A stretch of 64,000 nucleotides of DNA, taken from the human T2T-CHM13v2.0 reference genome, Homo sapiens. A model generated the notes under the pieces. That model worked only from the letters and a program-made list of their open reading frames with translations. It made no database searches and was not told the DNA's origin. Position numbers and translations under genes: made by a program. Shown here one piece after another: positions 1 through 14,150 of this stretch (positions are counted from its first letter, which is position 1; every line of letters begins with the position of its first letter). The DNA lies in assembly GCF_009914755.1 (NCBI RefSeq), contig NC_060932.1. One strand, written 5' to 3'.

Positions 1-570
1 ATAGGCCTCCCACAGTCTCTCGTAGAATTGTGCTGGACTTTCTTCTTCTCCCTGAATGACCTCAGAGAGCTTGTTAACATTTGTGGCCTTCTGAGCTCCC
101 CTCATTAATCCTTCCAAGAGAGCTTCCCTGTCTCGGTTTAGCCTTGGCATATCCTCTCTTCCATGTGGGTCCAACTGGGGGTCGGTTCCTGGCAACTGGG
201 TCCTTCCATAGTCTTGGGGGTTTTGATACTCAGTTGGTGCATGTTCCTCTAGCCACTTAGTTGCTGCTTGGAGGACTCTCCGCCTTTCTTCGCTGTTAAA
301 GAGGAACATGAGCAACTGGTGCCAATCAGCCCAGGTGTGGTTGTGGGTCTGGATAACAGCTTGGAGCAAATCAATTAGGGATTGTGGCTTTTCGGTATAG
401 GGCGGTGTATTGTTTTTCCAGTTGAGAAGGTCGACGCAGGTGAAGGGCTGGTACCCAAAAACACGCCTCTCCACCACGTGACCATCCTCATCTATCCCAG
501 TCTATCGCTGCTCTATCAGGGGCATTTGTGTCCCCGTTTAGGGTCATAAACGAGCTGCCGAGGGAGGGGT
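1..570 (-). mobile_element. HERV-E-like gag (capsid) fragment, paralogue of 19661-20230
   Basis: Aligns to 19661-20230 with the same offset (19,660) at both ends; encodes degenerate capsid motifs (YQPFT..DLLNWKNNT..EKPQ..IDLLQAVIQTHN.TWADWHQLLMFLF) on the - strand; continues beyond the window edge. Confidence 0.85.
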
Positions 571-589
571 ACAATGGCGCAATGCGACT

Positions 590-930
590 TGCCGCAATTA
601 ATAATCTCAATTATTAATTCACACTAATATTTATCAATATTAATAACCCATAATATAATTTTTAAAATCAATACTGATAATAATGATAATTAATATTAAA
701 TATTTATGCTAACGATAATAATACATGATTAATATTAATGATTAATGAGACCTGATATTAATAACTGATATTGATCTTATTCATTAGAAAACAGTAATAT
801 TAGCTCCTAATAATTCTTGTTAATATTAATAATCTGAAAACTATTTATTAGCAATTATTTCTTAATATTAATATTAATATTGGTCATTCATATTGATGTT
901 AATAAATGAGGTATAATTCATGCTCATATT
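590..930. repeat. Very AT-rich low-complexity block (TAATAT/ATTAAT-rich), copy 1
   Basis: Nearly pure A/T with recurrent self-complementary AATATT/ATTAAT words; homologous to 22750-23080. Confidence 0.85.
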
Positions 931-1800
931 ACACCCTAATACCTCAGTGGGTGTACACCCACCTGTGATATTGCTCCTAAAGTCCAGTGAGGGAGAGAGT
1001 ATGATATTAAGTTCAATATCGCAGTAGGTGTACACACAGCCGGTGATATTGATCTGAATATAATCTCCAGGGGGTGGAGTATGACGTTATTCCCAATATA
1101 GCACTGGGTGTGCATCCACCCGTTGATTTTGCTCCTAATATTCACCGAAGAAGAGAATGCTGTTACTCCCAAAATAGCAGGAAGTGTACACCCCCGAGTG
1201 AGATGGTCCCTAAAAATATTCCAAGGCCGAGGGGGTGATGTGACGACATATACGGCAGAAAGGGGACACCCCCAAGGATATTGTTGGCATGATCCTGGAG
1301 GGAAGAGGATAATATTACTTTCAATATCAGAAAAGGCGGACATGCCCCCAGTGATATTGTTTCTAATTGCAACGTGGGACAGGAGGACATGACACCCGAT
1401 ATCCCAGGGAGTAGAAACAGCCCTGAGATACTGTACCTAATATTCAGGGAGGAAGAGGATGATATGACTCCCAATACAGACGAGTGTACAACTTCTGCAC
1501 ATCCAGGGTGTACACAGGTCTGTGAAACAGTTCATAATCTGCAGAAGGGGAGATGATATTACTCACAATATGATAAACAGGCTGTGAGACCACCGCGGAT
1601 CCTAAGAGCCAGGCGGGCAAGAGGGGCTGGCTCTTACTCCCCGCATCGCGGGAGGCGCCTCACCCCCCTGCCATGTGGATCGTCATATCCAGGAGGCGAG
1701 AGCGGGGTGATATGGCTCCCCGCATCGTGGGGTGCTCCTCACCCCCCTGCGATGTGCTTCGTCATATCTAAGGCGGGTAGTGGGGAGTGATATTGCTCCC
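930..1800. repeat. SATR1-type satellite (~75-bp unit)
   Basis: Diverged tandem unit GATATTACTCCCAATATCGCAGGGGGTGTACACCC..GTGATATTGTTCCTAATATCCAGGGGGAGAGGA; SATR1 vs SATR2 naming from recall. Confidence 0.75.
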
Positions 1801-1869
1801 CGATTTTTCCTTGGATTCTTTCTGTACTGCCACCCTCGTTTCACGCCCTGGCCCATTATCTTCCATATT

Positions 1870-4350
1870 CTCGCAAGATGCGGCTGCTAAAGTCGCAGGG
1901 GCTATACACCCTTCAATATTTTTCGTAATTTTGTTGGGGATTGTTAAACCTGATATCACAGGACTCTTTACACTGTGATGTTATTCCCAATATCCTAGCG
2001 GGTCATTAATAATAATGTCACAATGTGTGTACACTTTGTGATGTTACTCTTGTTCTCCTAAGCGGAGGTTACTTTTATTGTCACACGGGGTATGTTCCCT
2101 TTGATAGTATTCATAACATCCTAGAGGGATGTCACTTCTTATGTCACAGGGTTTGTACACCTTGTCAAATTACCCGTATTATCCTCATAAGATGTCACTG
2201 CTCATATCACAGAGGGTGTACACTCTGTGATCTTGTCGTCATATTCTAGGGACATGTTACTTTTAATGTCACAGAGGGTGCGCCCCTTGTGAAATTATTC
2301 GTTATAATTTTGTGGGATGTTACCTCTAATGTCACACGGCGTGTACACACAGTGATGTTTCGTGCAATATGCTATGGAAATGTTACTCGTAATTCACAGG
2401 TCCTGTACACCCTTTAATATTCTTCGTAATCTTCTAGGAAAACGTTACTTTTAATGTCACAGGGCCTGTAGACCGTGTCATAATATTTGTAATATCCTAG
2501 CGAGAGTTCACTACTAGTTTCACAATGCGTGTACACCCTTTGATATTATTCGTAATGTCCTGAAGAGATGTTACTATTGATGTCCCAATGCAGGTACGTT
2601 CTCTGATTTTATTCGTTATATCCTCGGGGGATGTTACTTCTAATGTCACACGGGGTGTGCTCCCTGTGTTCTATTTCGTAATATCCTGGGGCAATTTTAC
2701 TTTTAATGACACAGGGGGTGTACACATTGTGATTTTATTTGTGGTAATCTAGAAAGATGTTACTCCTAATGTCAGAGGGCTGTACACCCTGTGATATTAT
2801 TCATAATTTCCCAGGGGTCTATACTCCTATTGGCACCGTCGATAACACCCTGTGACATTATCCGTTAACATTCTAGCGAGATGATACTCCTCATGTCACA
2901 GGGGGTGTACACCCCATGTTATTATTCTTACTATTCTTGGGGGATGTTACTCCAAATGTCACAGGGATGTACACCCTGTGATATTATTCACAGTGTACCA
3001 GAGGGATATTAGCACTAATGCCATGATGCGTGTCCACCTTGTGATGTTATTTGTCATATCCTAACGTCACAAGGGGTGTGTTCCGTGTGATATTCTTCCT
3101 AACATCCTAGACGGATATTACTCCTAACGTCACAGGGTGTGTACACCTTGTCACTTCATTCACAATATCCTAAAACTACTTTATTCCTCAGCTCACAGGG
3201 GGTGTTCACCCTGTGATATTTTTCCTCATAGTTTTGTAGGGTGTTACTCCTAAAGTCACACGGGGTGTACACAGAGTCACACAGTGATATGAGTTGTAAT
3301 AGTCTATAGACATGTTACTCGTAAATCACAGGGGCTGTACCTGCTGTGATATTATTCATAATATTTTATGGGAATGCTGCTACTATTGTAACGGGGGTGT
3401 ACGCCCTGTGATATGACTCGTCATATCCCAGAGGGATGTTACTACTGATGTCACAATGCCTGTACAGCCTGTGATATTATTTGTCATATCCTAAAGAGAT
3501 GTTACTACTAAAGTCACAATGCATGTACACCCTCTGATATTATTCGTTATATCCTCGGGGGATGTTACTCCTAATGTCACACGGGGTGTACTCCCTGTCA
3601 TATTATTCGTAATATACAAGGGGGATGTTATTTTTAATGTCACCGGGGGTGACATTACGCATTAAAAATGTGTATTCCACGCCTGTGACACTATTCCTAA
3701 TAACCTAGGGGCATACTCTTCTGAATGTCACATGGGGTGTACACCATGTGTGTACACCTGCTGTGATATTATTTGTAATATCCTAGGGGAATGTTACTCC
3801 TGATGACACAGGCAGTGTACACCATGTGTGTACGCCTCCTGTGTCATTATTCACAATATCCTAGGGGGATGTTTCTTTTAATGTCACAAAGAGTGTACAA
3901 AACGTCATAGGAGGTGTACACATTGTGACGTTATCTGTAATACCCTAGAAAGATGTTACTCCTAATATGTCACAGGGGCGTACACAGTTTGATGTTACTT
4001 ATAATCTCATAGAGAGATATTACTTCAAATGTCACAGTGGATGTACACACACAGTGTATACCCTGTGATAGTATTCATAATATCCTAGGGAGATACAACT
4101 CCTGATGTCACAGTGCGTGTACCTCGTGTGTGTACACCCTTGATATTAGTCGTAATATCCAGGGTAAATATTACTCCTCATATCACACAGAGTGCACACT
4201 CTGTGATATTTTTCATCATACTTTAGGGAGATATTCCTTCTAATATCACAGTGAGTGTACCCCATATGTGTATACTCTATGACAGTATGTTCTATATCCT
4301 AGGGAGGTATTACTCCTAATATCACAGTGGGTGTTCACCCTGTGATATCA
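1870..4350. repeat. SATR2-type satellite (~63-64-bp unit)
   Basis: Tandem unit GTGTACACCCTGTGATATTATTCGTAATATCCTAGGGGGATGTTACTCCTAATGTCACAGG repeated dozens of times with divergence. Confidence 0.8.
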
Positions 4351-4353
4351 TTC

Positions 4354-5370
4354 TTATTTGACCTTGCTGCCTTTTTTAACCCACACTACAAAAGGCATGG
4401 AACAGATAAGGAGATATTGACATTAGACTGTGCTGCCGTGCGGCCGCCGCAGGACGCTTTTAATATCCCTGTTTCTCAGGCTGTAGATGAAGGGGTTCGG
4501 CATGGGGGTGACCACCGTGTACATCACTGAGGCCACTGCAGCCTTTCCCGGGGAAGATGACACATCTGAACTGAGGTACCCCCAAAAGCCTGTTCCATAA
4601 AATCAGCAAACAACTGACAGGTGAGACCCACAGGTGGAGCAGGCCTTATACTTCCCACCTGATGATGAAACCCTCAGAATGGAGGAAACAATCTTATAGT
4701 AAGAGAAAAGGGTCCCCGAGATGGGAAGAAAACCAAATATGGCAGCAGGGGAATACATGATTATGTTATTGGTGAAGGTGTCGCAACATGCAAGATGGGG
4801 GAGTTGAGAAGGTTCCCAGAAGAAATTAGGAATTTCCACATCCTTGAAGCAGGTCATTTGTAAGGCAATCAAGTTGTGCACCTGGGCGTCTAAAAGAGAC
4901 TGAGAAAAAAAAGACAACAAAACTAGAAAGCCACAGAAACACGGGTTCATGATGGCTGAATGATATAGAGGGTGACAGATGGCTACAAACGGGTCATAGG
5001 GATCACACTCAGGAGCATGTCTCTCTTCCATGCCTCCAAAAATGGCAAAGAGAGACATGGGAGTCAGGCAGCCTGCCTAGGAGATGAGTCTGCTGTGAGA
5101 TTAGATGTCCACAATCATCTTGGGGACCATGCTGGAGGTGAAACCGATGTCAGGCAAGGACAGGTTGGAGAGGAAGAGGTACATGGGGGTGTGGAGGTGG
5201 GAGTCAGGGCTGACGGCCAGGATGATGAGCAGGTTCCCCAGCACCGTGACCAGGCACATGGACAGGAACAGTCCAGCGAGGACAGGCTGCTGTTCTGGAT
5301 CCTCTGAGCTTCTAGGAGGAGGAATAAAGAGACATCTGTTAAATTCTGCGGGTATGTAGAGATTGGACAC
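4354..5370 (-). pseudogene. OR7E15P: Olfactory receptor family 7E pseudogene (probably OR7E15P by position)
   Basis: OR motifs [44 protein letters not shown] in split ORFs 5101-5370 and 4603-5058; stop after MIVDI (5101), disrupted MAYDR motif (PYDP), stop at 4603. The family call is strong; the specific symbol is from recalled gene order near LONRF1. Confidence 0.8.
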
Positions 5371-6048
5371 CTTTTGCCTAGGAAAGAGGGTTCAAAAATC
5401 GGAAACAAGTAAACCAACACCCAGCATCGTGTCTGCACTTTGGATAGAAGCAATTCACAAGTCATGTTTTCAGATTTCAGAACAATCCACACTCAGCAAT
5501 ATTTTGCAGTTCTGACAAACTTAATTGTCTTCTAATGCTTTCATCATTGATTTCTGTGTTATTCACTTCTTGCTGTACACACCTGTCTTAGAGACACTAG
5601 ATTCAAGAATGTTCCAAGAACCAGATCATAATATAGAACAAATTCACAATTACTAGAAAATACAGCCTATCTTTTCCGAAGAAAACTCTGTAATGGAACC
5701 ATTTTCCTCACTTTAAGAAAAAGGTTATTCTAATTAAAGGAAATTAAGATCTCATTTTCTTTGATTCGAATACACTGATACAAATTCCCTTGATGTAGAA
5801 GATTTATAAGCACTGTATAACAGCTGAGACGATGCCATCTGGAAATGAAATGAAAGTTGATAGTTCATAAGCAGAAAATAGTTCCACAGGCCAGATAGGT
5901 CCTAGTGATTTTGTCATTATGTTTTCTGACTTTTCTCCTTCCAGAGAGTAATTGCTTCCTCAAATCGGTGGGTCTTGTTTTAAAATTCATGGAAGCTCTA
6001 ACTCCTGTCCTTAGGTTAGGTGGACTTAGAGTTTTCATCAGAACATTT

Positions 6049-6350
<302 letters not shown>

Positions 6351-6865
6351 CACGCACTCTGTCACACTGATGTCACACTGATGACAGCCAATTTTTGTGA
6401 ACCAAGGAAGTGTCAATTCAATAATTCACATAGATTTTTACTTTTGCTGTCTCCTGTATGCCAAGCAAGATATCGGCTCTGGGGAATCAGAAACAAAAGA
6501 GACTCACTTGTTCCTCTCACAGTACCCAGTACTTACTGAGAGAAGGACAAAAAAAATGTCCTGCGTGGAATACAGGGAAACCAGAACTTCAGGTCAGGGG
6601 ATATTTCTGTTGGACTGTGTGGAGTTTAAGCCTAAAATATTAACGAAGGGCACCGACGATCTGTTTAATCATCGCTCAGTTCTATTGGATCAACTAGAAA
6701 TCAACTCAGATGAGAGTGCTGAGTCCCAGAGGATGGACATCTCACCCCTTGCCATACAGATAAGTAGAAAGGGTGGTACTGAAAATTAATGGCCAGACTC
6801 TAAGTCCCAGGTACTATACTTGATGGTCTCCCAACTCTCAAAAAGTTGTGGGGTTTTTTTGGGGG

Positions 6866-7064
6866 GTTTTGTTTTTGTTTCTTTGAGATGGATTCTCGCT
6901 CTGTTGCCCAGGCAGGAGTGCAATGGACAGATCTCGGCTCACTGCAACCTCCGCATCCCAGGTTCAAGCTGTTCTCTTGCCTCAGCCGAACACCTGACCT
7001 TGTTATTCACCTGCATCAGCCTCCCAAAGTGCTGGGATTACAGGCATGACCCACCGCGCCCAGC
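6866..7064 (-). mobile_element. Alu with internal deletion
   Basis: Reverse Alu in which TTGCCTCAGCC is joined directly to GAACACCTGACC, skipping the central linker region. Confidence 0.85.
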
Positions 7065-8761
7065 TTCAAAAAGTTTTAAGCAGAGCTCAGAGGTCTTAAT
7101 CACAGGCACATTGGAGGAGCATTTTTGAAATGGTTTCCAGCTTCCTCAATATGAATGGAAGCCAAACTCTGAATTGATGACCCCTTTGAGGAAGCCCAGA
7201 GCTGTAAGGAAAGCCAGGAACAGGGGCAAGGGAGAGAGGCATCCCGAATGATCCTGTGCCCATTCTTTCTGGAATCTTTGATGTGATCTCAGCTACCCTT
7301 TCCATACTTGACGCAGTGATTGTGGCACCCACTGCTCTAGCTGTGTTCTACAAGGGACCCCCAAAGGGAAGGGCACAGGGAGCAGGGGCGTCGGCCTGAG
7401 TGACAAGGATTTCAGAAGGCAGGTTGGATGCAGGGAGAGAACTGGCCAAATGTCATGTGTCTGGACTTAGACTGCCTGGTTCAAATTGGACTTCACCCTT
7501 TTTGACTTCACGATCTGCTACAAGTTCTATGAAAATGCGTTGCTCCTTTTCTAGTCTGTAAAATCATCATGAAATGTGCACTAATAACGTGGAGACTATG
7601 CAGATGAAATGAAACAAGCTGCATAGAGCACAGAGCTCAGAGCCTGGCCTTCAGGAAACCCTCAGTAAGGGTTCATGATGCCATGGTGTCCGTCATCATC
7701 GTCTTTATCCTCATCATCACCTTCATCCTCTTTTTGTTGTTCTGATGGATTAGTTTAGAGGGACTCATTCCCTGCTATCATGGGTGAGATGTCTATGAAA
7801 AGGATAACCAGTTGGGGAGGAAAGCAACATTTTGAATGAGATTTCCGAGAGAGACCCCCCCCCACCATAACCAAGAACAGAAACTCCACAGTCTGCTGAG
7901 CTGACAGTTTGCACATTGGTCTCCTCCCATCTGCCCACGGCACTCTCCTGTTTGTCCTGAGGAGGAGGAAACCAAACAAGGCTCCCGACGGTCCCTCAGC
8001 ACTCACGGAACCGCCCTTCCCCTCTGCTGGGCCATGACCACGGAGAACAGGTCCACTGTCCTCCCTGCGTGGTGCACACTGGGGGCTCAGACTCCGTCCT
8101 CAAGGCTGGCAAGAAGACAGGGTGAGACATGAGCCTCCTGATACAGGTGACGGGTGTGGAGCCCACAGGACTGGAACCTCACATGCAGGGCTGGAGGCAC
8201 AGACTGACTATTTACTATTCTGTGGCCTGGGAGGCTCAAGGCACAGAGCTCCTCATTAGCCAAAGTCGCCCAAGTTCCCCAACCTCCAAGGATTTCCTCA
8301 TAATTATGAAAGAAGAAGAGAAAAGTGAGTGTCCATAGAAGCTCTGGGGCTTTTCCTCTAATCAGGAGGAAGCTTGTGTGGATTATTCGCTTCTTTCTTT
8401 CCTTTTGCAAGACCGAAGTGCTTTTGTTTTCATCTGTTATGATGGGAAAATATACCACGTATACATCTTAAAAATTATAAATATATATTATTTCATATAG
8501 AATGGCCAGTATCAACATTGACAATTTCCACTATTTTTCAGTTTACAGTTTAATCACATTAGGTACATTCACAGTGTTTAGCAACCATCACCGCCATCAT
8601 CTCCAGAACAGTTTTATCTTTCAAAATGGAAATTGCACCCATTAACCAAACTCTCCATTCCTCTCTCTCGCCCATCCCTGGGGGCCACCATTCTATTTTG
8701 CAGCTCTATGAGTTTAACTACTCTAGACCCTTGATGTAGGTGGAATCCTACCGTGTTTAAT

Positions 8762-9063
8762 TTTTTTATTTGTTTGTTTTGGAGACAGAGTCTTTCTCTG
8801 TAGCCCAGGCTGGAGTGCGGTGGCATGGTCTGGGCTGACTGCAACCTCCACATCGGGGATTCAAGCGATTCTTGTGTCTTAGTCTCCCGAGTAGCTGGGA
8901 TTACAGGTGTGCGCCACCACGCCCAGCTAATTTTTGTATTTTTAATAGAGACGAGCTTTCACCTTATTGGCCAGGCTGGTCTCGAACTCCTGACCTTAAG
9001 TGATCTGCCTGCCTCAGCGCCCCAAAGTGCTGGGGTTACAGGTGCGAGCCACTGAGCCTGGTC
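8762..9063 (-). mobile_element. Alu (AluS-like)
   Basis: Reverse-complement Alu consensus, both arms. Confidence 0.95.
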
Positions 9064-9104
9064 GTGTTTATCCTTTTGGGATTTATTTACTTCACTGACG
9101 ATAA

Positions 9105-9731
<627 letters not shown>

Positions 9732-9964
9732 TAGGCTGAATAATACTTCATTGTGTGTGCATACCACAGTTTCTAAATTGAAACAAATTTCTAAAAAGGA
9801 AATATTTTTAAAATATCTCGGAATGTGAAACTTCAGGGATACTGTGCCCATTTTATTCTTTTCTATTTCCCATCTTATGTATATGTGAGTGTATAACAAA
9901 GCAGCAATCAATGTGTGTATAAATCCCCAACTTGAAGAAATGTAAAATGAAAATGCTAAGTGGT

Positions 9965-10297
<333 letters not shown>

Positions 10298-11150
10298 AAC
10301 ATGCTAAATGGTAAGAAAAAACAGCATAATAAACATTTGTATGGTGTTGATGGACAATGCATTTGAAGATCATAGTTGAAGAAATCAGATTACAATTAAC
10401 TTCTCTTCTTACTCATTGGAGCTTGATGCCTCTAAAAACTTCTTCATTGGAACAACCTCTGGTGCTTAAAAAAAAAAAAAAAAAAAAACCACATACTCAC
10501 ACAGGTGCAAGTAAATCAGAATCTCAGGTATTGAGACCCAGGCCTCATCATTTGTAAGCTCCCCAGTTCATATGACTCAAAACCAAGATTGAGGACCAGT
10601 GACATGGATCTCTACACACAAACTGCCTAAATAGATTCTCTAGAACAGTTTATAAAGAAATTCCACATAAACTCTGGAAGAGGATATGAATTTCATGTAC
10701 AGTATATCCTCACTTAACATCTTTGAAAGTCTCTTGGAAACCTCACCTTTAGGCAAAATTCTGTATAGTGAAACCACGGATTCCTCACCAATATTATAAC
10801 CAAACAACTTTGAACACACCAATGGTGTCGGAGGACCTTCTGTACATTGTCTCCATAAAGTCAATTTTCAGGGAATTCCAAAATGAAGTGAGGACTTCGT
10901 GTGTATAAAAAGATGGTTGTGATTCCACCTGGATGACAGTGTTATTGCGCAGAAACTAAAGGAGGCTGCCTAGATATAGAGGATTCAGTCATGAGGTTTC
11001 TGCTCAACAAAGGATCCCAGAATCCTCACCCATTGCAGTTAAAGACATAACAAAGAAAGCAATATTCGCATAGGAAATGCGGAAAGGAATAAAAGCCATC
11101 AAGCCACAAAAATAATGTGACTAAGGGGCAGGATTTGCAGATGCAGAGAT

Positions 11151-12147
11151 TTAATGTGGTTGCCCTTTCTCACGCACACAAGAAAAAGGATGGAACAGAT
11201 CATGAGATTCGACTGTTCTGCTGCGCAGCCTCCGCAGGGCACTTTGTATGTCCCTGTTTCTCAGGCTGTAGATGAAAAAGTTCAGCATGGGGGTGACCAC
11301 AGCCTACATCACTGATGCCACGACACCATTCCTGGGGGGTAGTGCCACAGCTGAAGTCAGGTACATGCCAATGCCTGTTCCATAAAATCAGCAAAGAGCT
11401 GCCAGTTGAGAGCCATAGGTGGAGAAGGCTTTATACTTCCCATCTGATGATGACATCCTTAGAATGGAGGGGACAATTTTATAGTAAGATAAAAGGATCC
11501 CTGAAATGGGAAGAAAACCAAACATAGTACTATCGAAATATATGAATATGCTATTGATGACGCTGTCAGAACAGGCAAGGTTGAGAAGTTGAGAGGGGTC
11601 ACAGACAAAACTAGAGTTTTCCACATTCTTGAATAAGGTGAATTGTAACACAATCCAACTGTGCAGCTGGGAATCCAACAAGCTAAGGAAAAAGGACAGC
11701 AAAACTAAGAAGACACGAAGGTGAGGATTCATGATGACTGGATAGTGCAGGGGGTGACAGATGGCCACAACTCTGTCATAGGCCATCACAGGAGCATGTC
11801 TTCCATACATGCAAAAAGGACCAAGAAAGATATCTGTGTCAGGCAGCTCACATAAGAGATGACTCTGCTATGCGACTGCATGTCCACAGTCATCTTGGGA
11901 ACAGTGGCCGAGGTGAAACCGATGTCAGCCCAGCACAGGCTGGAGAGGAAGAAGTACATGGGGGTGTGGAGGTGGGAGTCAGAGCTGACAGCCAGGATGA
12001 TGAGCACGTTCCTCAGCACCGTGACCAGATACATGGACAGGGACAGCCCAGCGAGGATGGGCTGCAGTTCTGGATCCTCTCAGAGAGAGTCCCAGGAGCA
12101 CTTTTCAGACACCTGTGAGATTCCGTGGCTCTGTGTGACTTGGACAC
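11151..12147 (-). pseudogene. OR7E10P: Olfactory receptor family 7E pseudogene (probably OR7E10P by position)
   Basis: Motifs [59 protein letters not shown]; frameshift just before MAYDR (~11790) and stop at 11388; OR7E-type C-terminal extension ending TAA at 11151. Symbol from recalled gene order. Confidence 0.8.
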
Positions 12148-12795
12148 CTTGAGAAGAAAAGAGGATTGGAAAAATGAAAAGATAAAAACCAGCCTTAATG
12201 CTGTGTGCACATTTTGGATGCCAGCAATTCACAAGGAATATTTTCACACTTGAGGACCATACACCATCAGCAATATTTCTCAGTTGTGACAAACCCCAAA
12301 ATCTCAGAATTATGACATGATTTACTTTTTTCCTCTTCAACTCTTTCTGTACATACTACTTTAGAGAAAATCCACTGAAGAATGTTAGAAGACCAAAAGG
12401 TAATACATAAGAAATCCCTAATCTCAGTAAAATACGGCCTACTCTTTTCAGAAAAAACAAAATGCAATACAAATGTTCTTCTCTCTTTAAGAAAAAGATC
12501 TCAGACTAATTGAAAGAAATTAAGAAGCAGGGAAATACACTCTATTTTATTCTGACACCGTGCTACCAATTCCTTTGATGTAGAATATCTCAAAGGATGA
12601 TACAAGAGCTAGGACCGCATTCTCTAAAAACGAAATGGAACCTTAGAGTTCTTAATCGGAAGACCTTTTCCCATGCCAGTTACTTTTCACATTTATTATC
12701 ATCCTTAGGTTTTCTGACATCATTTCTTCATAAAAGTACATGCACACTCAAATATGGGAGCTGTGTTTCCAAATTAATTGAATATAGAACTCTTG

Positions 12796-13011
12796 GCCGA
12801 GCGCGATGGCTCACACCTGTAATCCCAGCACTTTGGGCAGCCGAGGCTGATGGATCACCTGAGATCAGGGGTTCCAGACCAGCCTGGCCAACGTGGTGGA
12901 ACTCCATCTCTAGTGAAAATAAAAAAACATTAGCCGGGCGTGGTGGCAGGTAACCCTAGCTACTCGGGAGACTGAAGCAGGAGAATCCCTCAGAACCTGG
13001 AAGGCAGAGAT
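12796..13011 (+). mobile_element. Alu, 3'-truncated by satellite
   Basis: Alu consensus up to GGCAGAGATTG, then an abrupt switch to satellite TACACCCTGTGAT; no A-tail. Confidence 0.9.
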
Positions 13012-14150
13012 TGTACACCCTGTGATATGATTTTTGATATCCTAGGGAGATATTGCTCCTGACATCAGAGTGGTCGTACACCATGTGATATTATTTGTAA
13101 TCACCCAGGGAAATATGATCCCTAATATTACAGTGGGTGCACACTCTGTGATGTTATTTGTAATGTCCTAGGAACATATTATTCCTAATATCAAAGTGGA
13201 CGTACACTATGTGTGTACACTCTGTGATCTAATTCGTAATATCCCAGAAAGATATTTCTCCTCATATCACAGTGAGTGTACACTCTGTGATATTATTCGT
13301 ACTATCCTAGAGAGATATTGCTCCCAGTATGACAGTGGGTGTACACCCTGTGATATGATTCATAATATCCTAGAGAGATATTACCTGTAATATCACAGTT
13401 TCTGTACACCCTGTGGTGTTATTTGTAATATCCTAGGGAGATATTATTCCGAACATCACAGTGCATGTACACCATGGGTGGACACCCTGTGATGTTATTC
13501 ATAATATCCTAGGTGGATATTACCCTTAATGTCACAGTGCGTGTACACCAGGTGTATACACACTGAGATGTTACTCGTAATATCCTAGGGAGAAATTACG
13601 CCTAATGTTACAGTGGGTGTACACCATGTGTTTCTATTCTGTGATGCTATTCATAATATCTTAGAAAGTTACTAGTCCTAGTGCCACAGTGGGTGTGTAC
13701 CATGTGTGTACACTCTGTGATGTTATTCGTATTATCCTAAGGAGATAGTTATAATATCACCGTGGGTGTCCCTCATGTCTGTACTCCCTGTGGTGTTATT
13801 GGTTACGTCCTGGGTTGATATTACTCCTAATATCACCATGGGTGCACAGCATGGGTGTACATTCTGTGATGTTATTCGTAATATCCTAGGGAGATATCAC
13901 TCCTTATGTCATAGTGGGTGTACAGCCTTGTGATATTATTGGTAGTATACTTGGGATGTATTACTCCTGTTATCACAGTGGGTGTACACCCTGTGATAGT
14001 ATTTGTAATATCCTAGGGAGATATTACTCTATACCCTGTGATATTATTTGTGACCTTTTAGGGAGCTATTTCTCCTAAAGTCAAAGTGGGTGTACACCCT
14101 GTAATATTCTTCCTAATATCACTGTGGGTGTACACCATGAGTGATATTTT
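13012..14150. repeat. SATR2-type satellite
   Basis: ~63-64-bp unit, some units with an extra CATGTGTGTACA insert. Confidence 0.8.
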
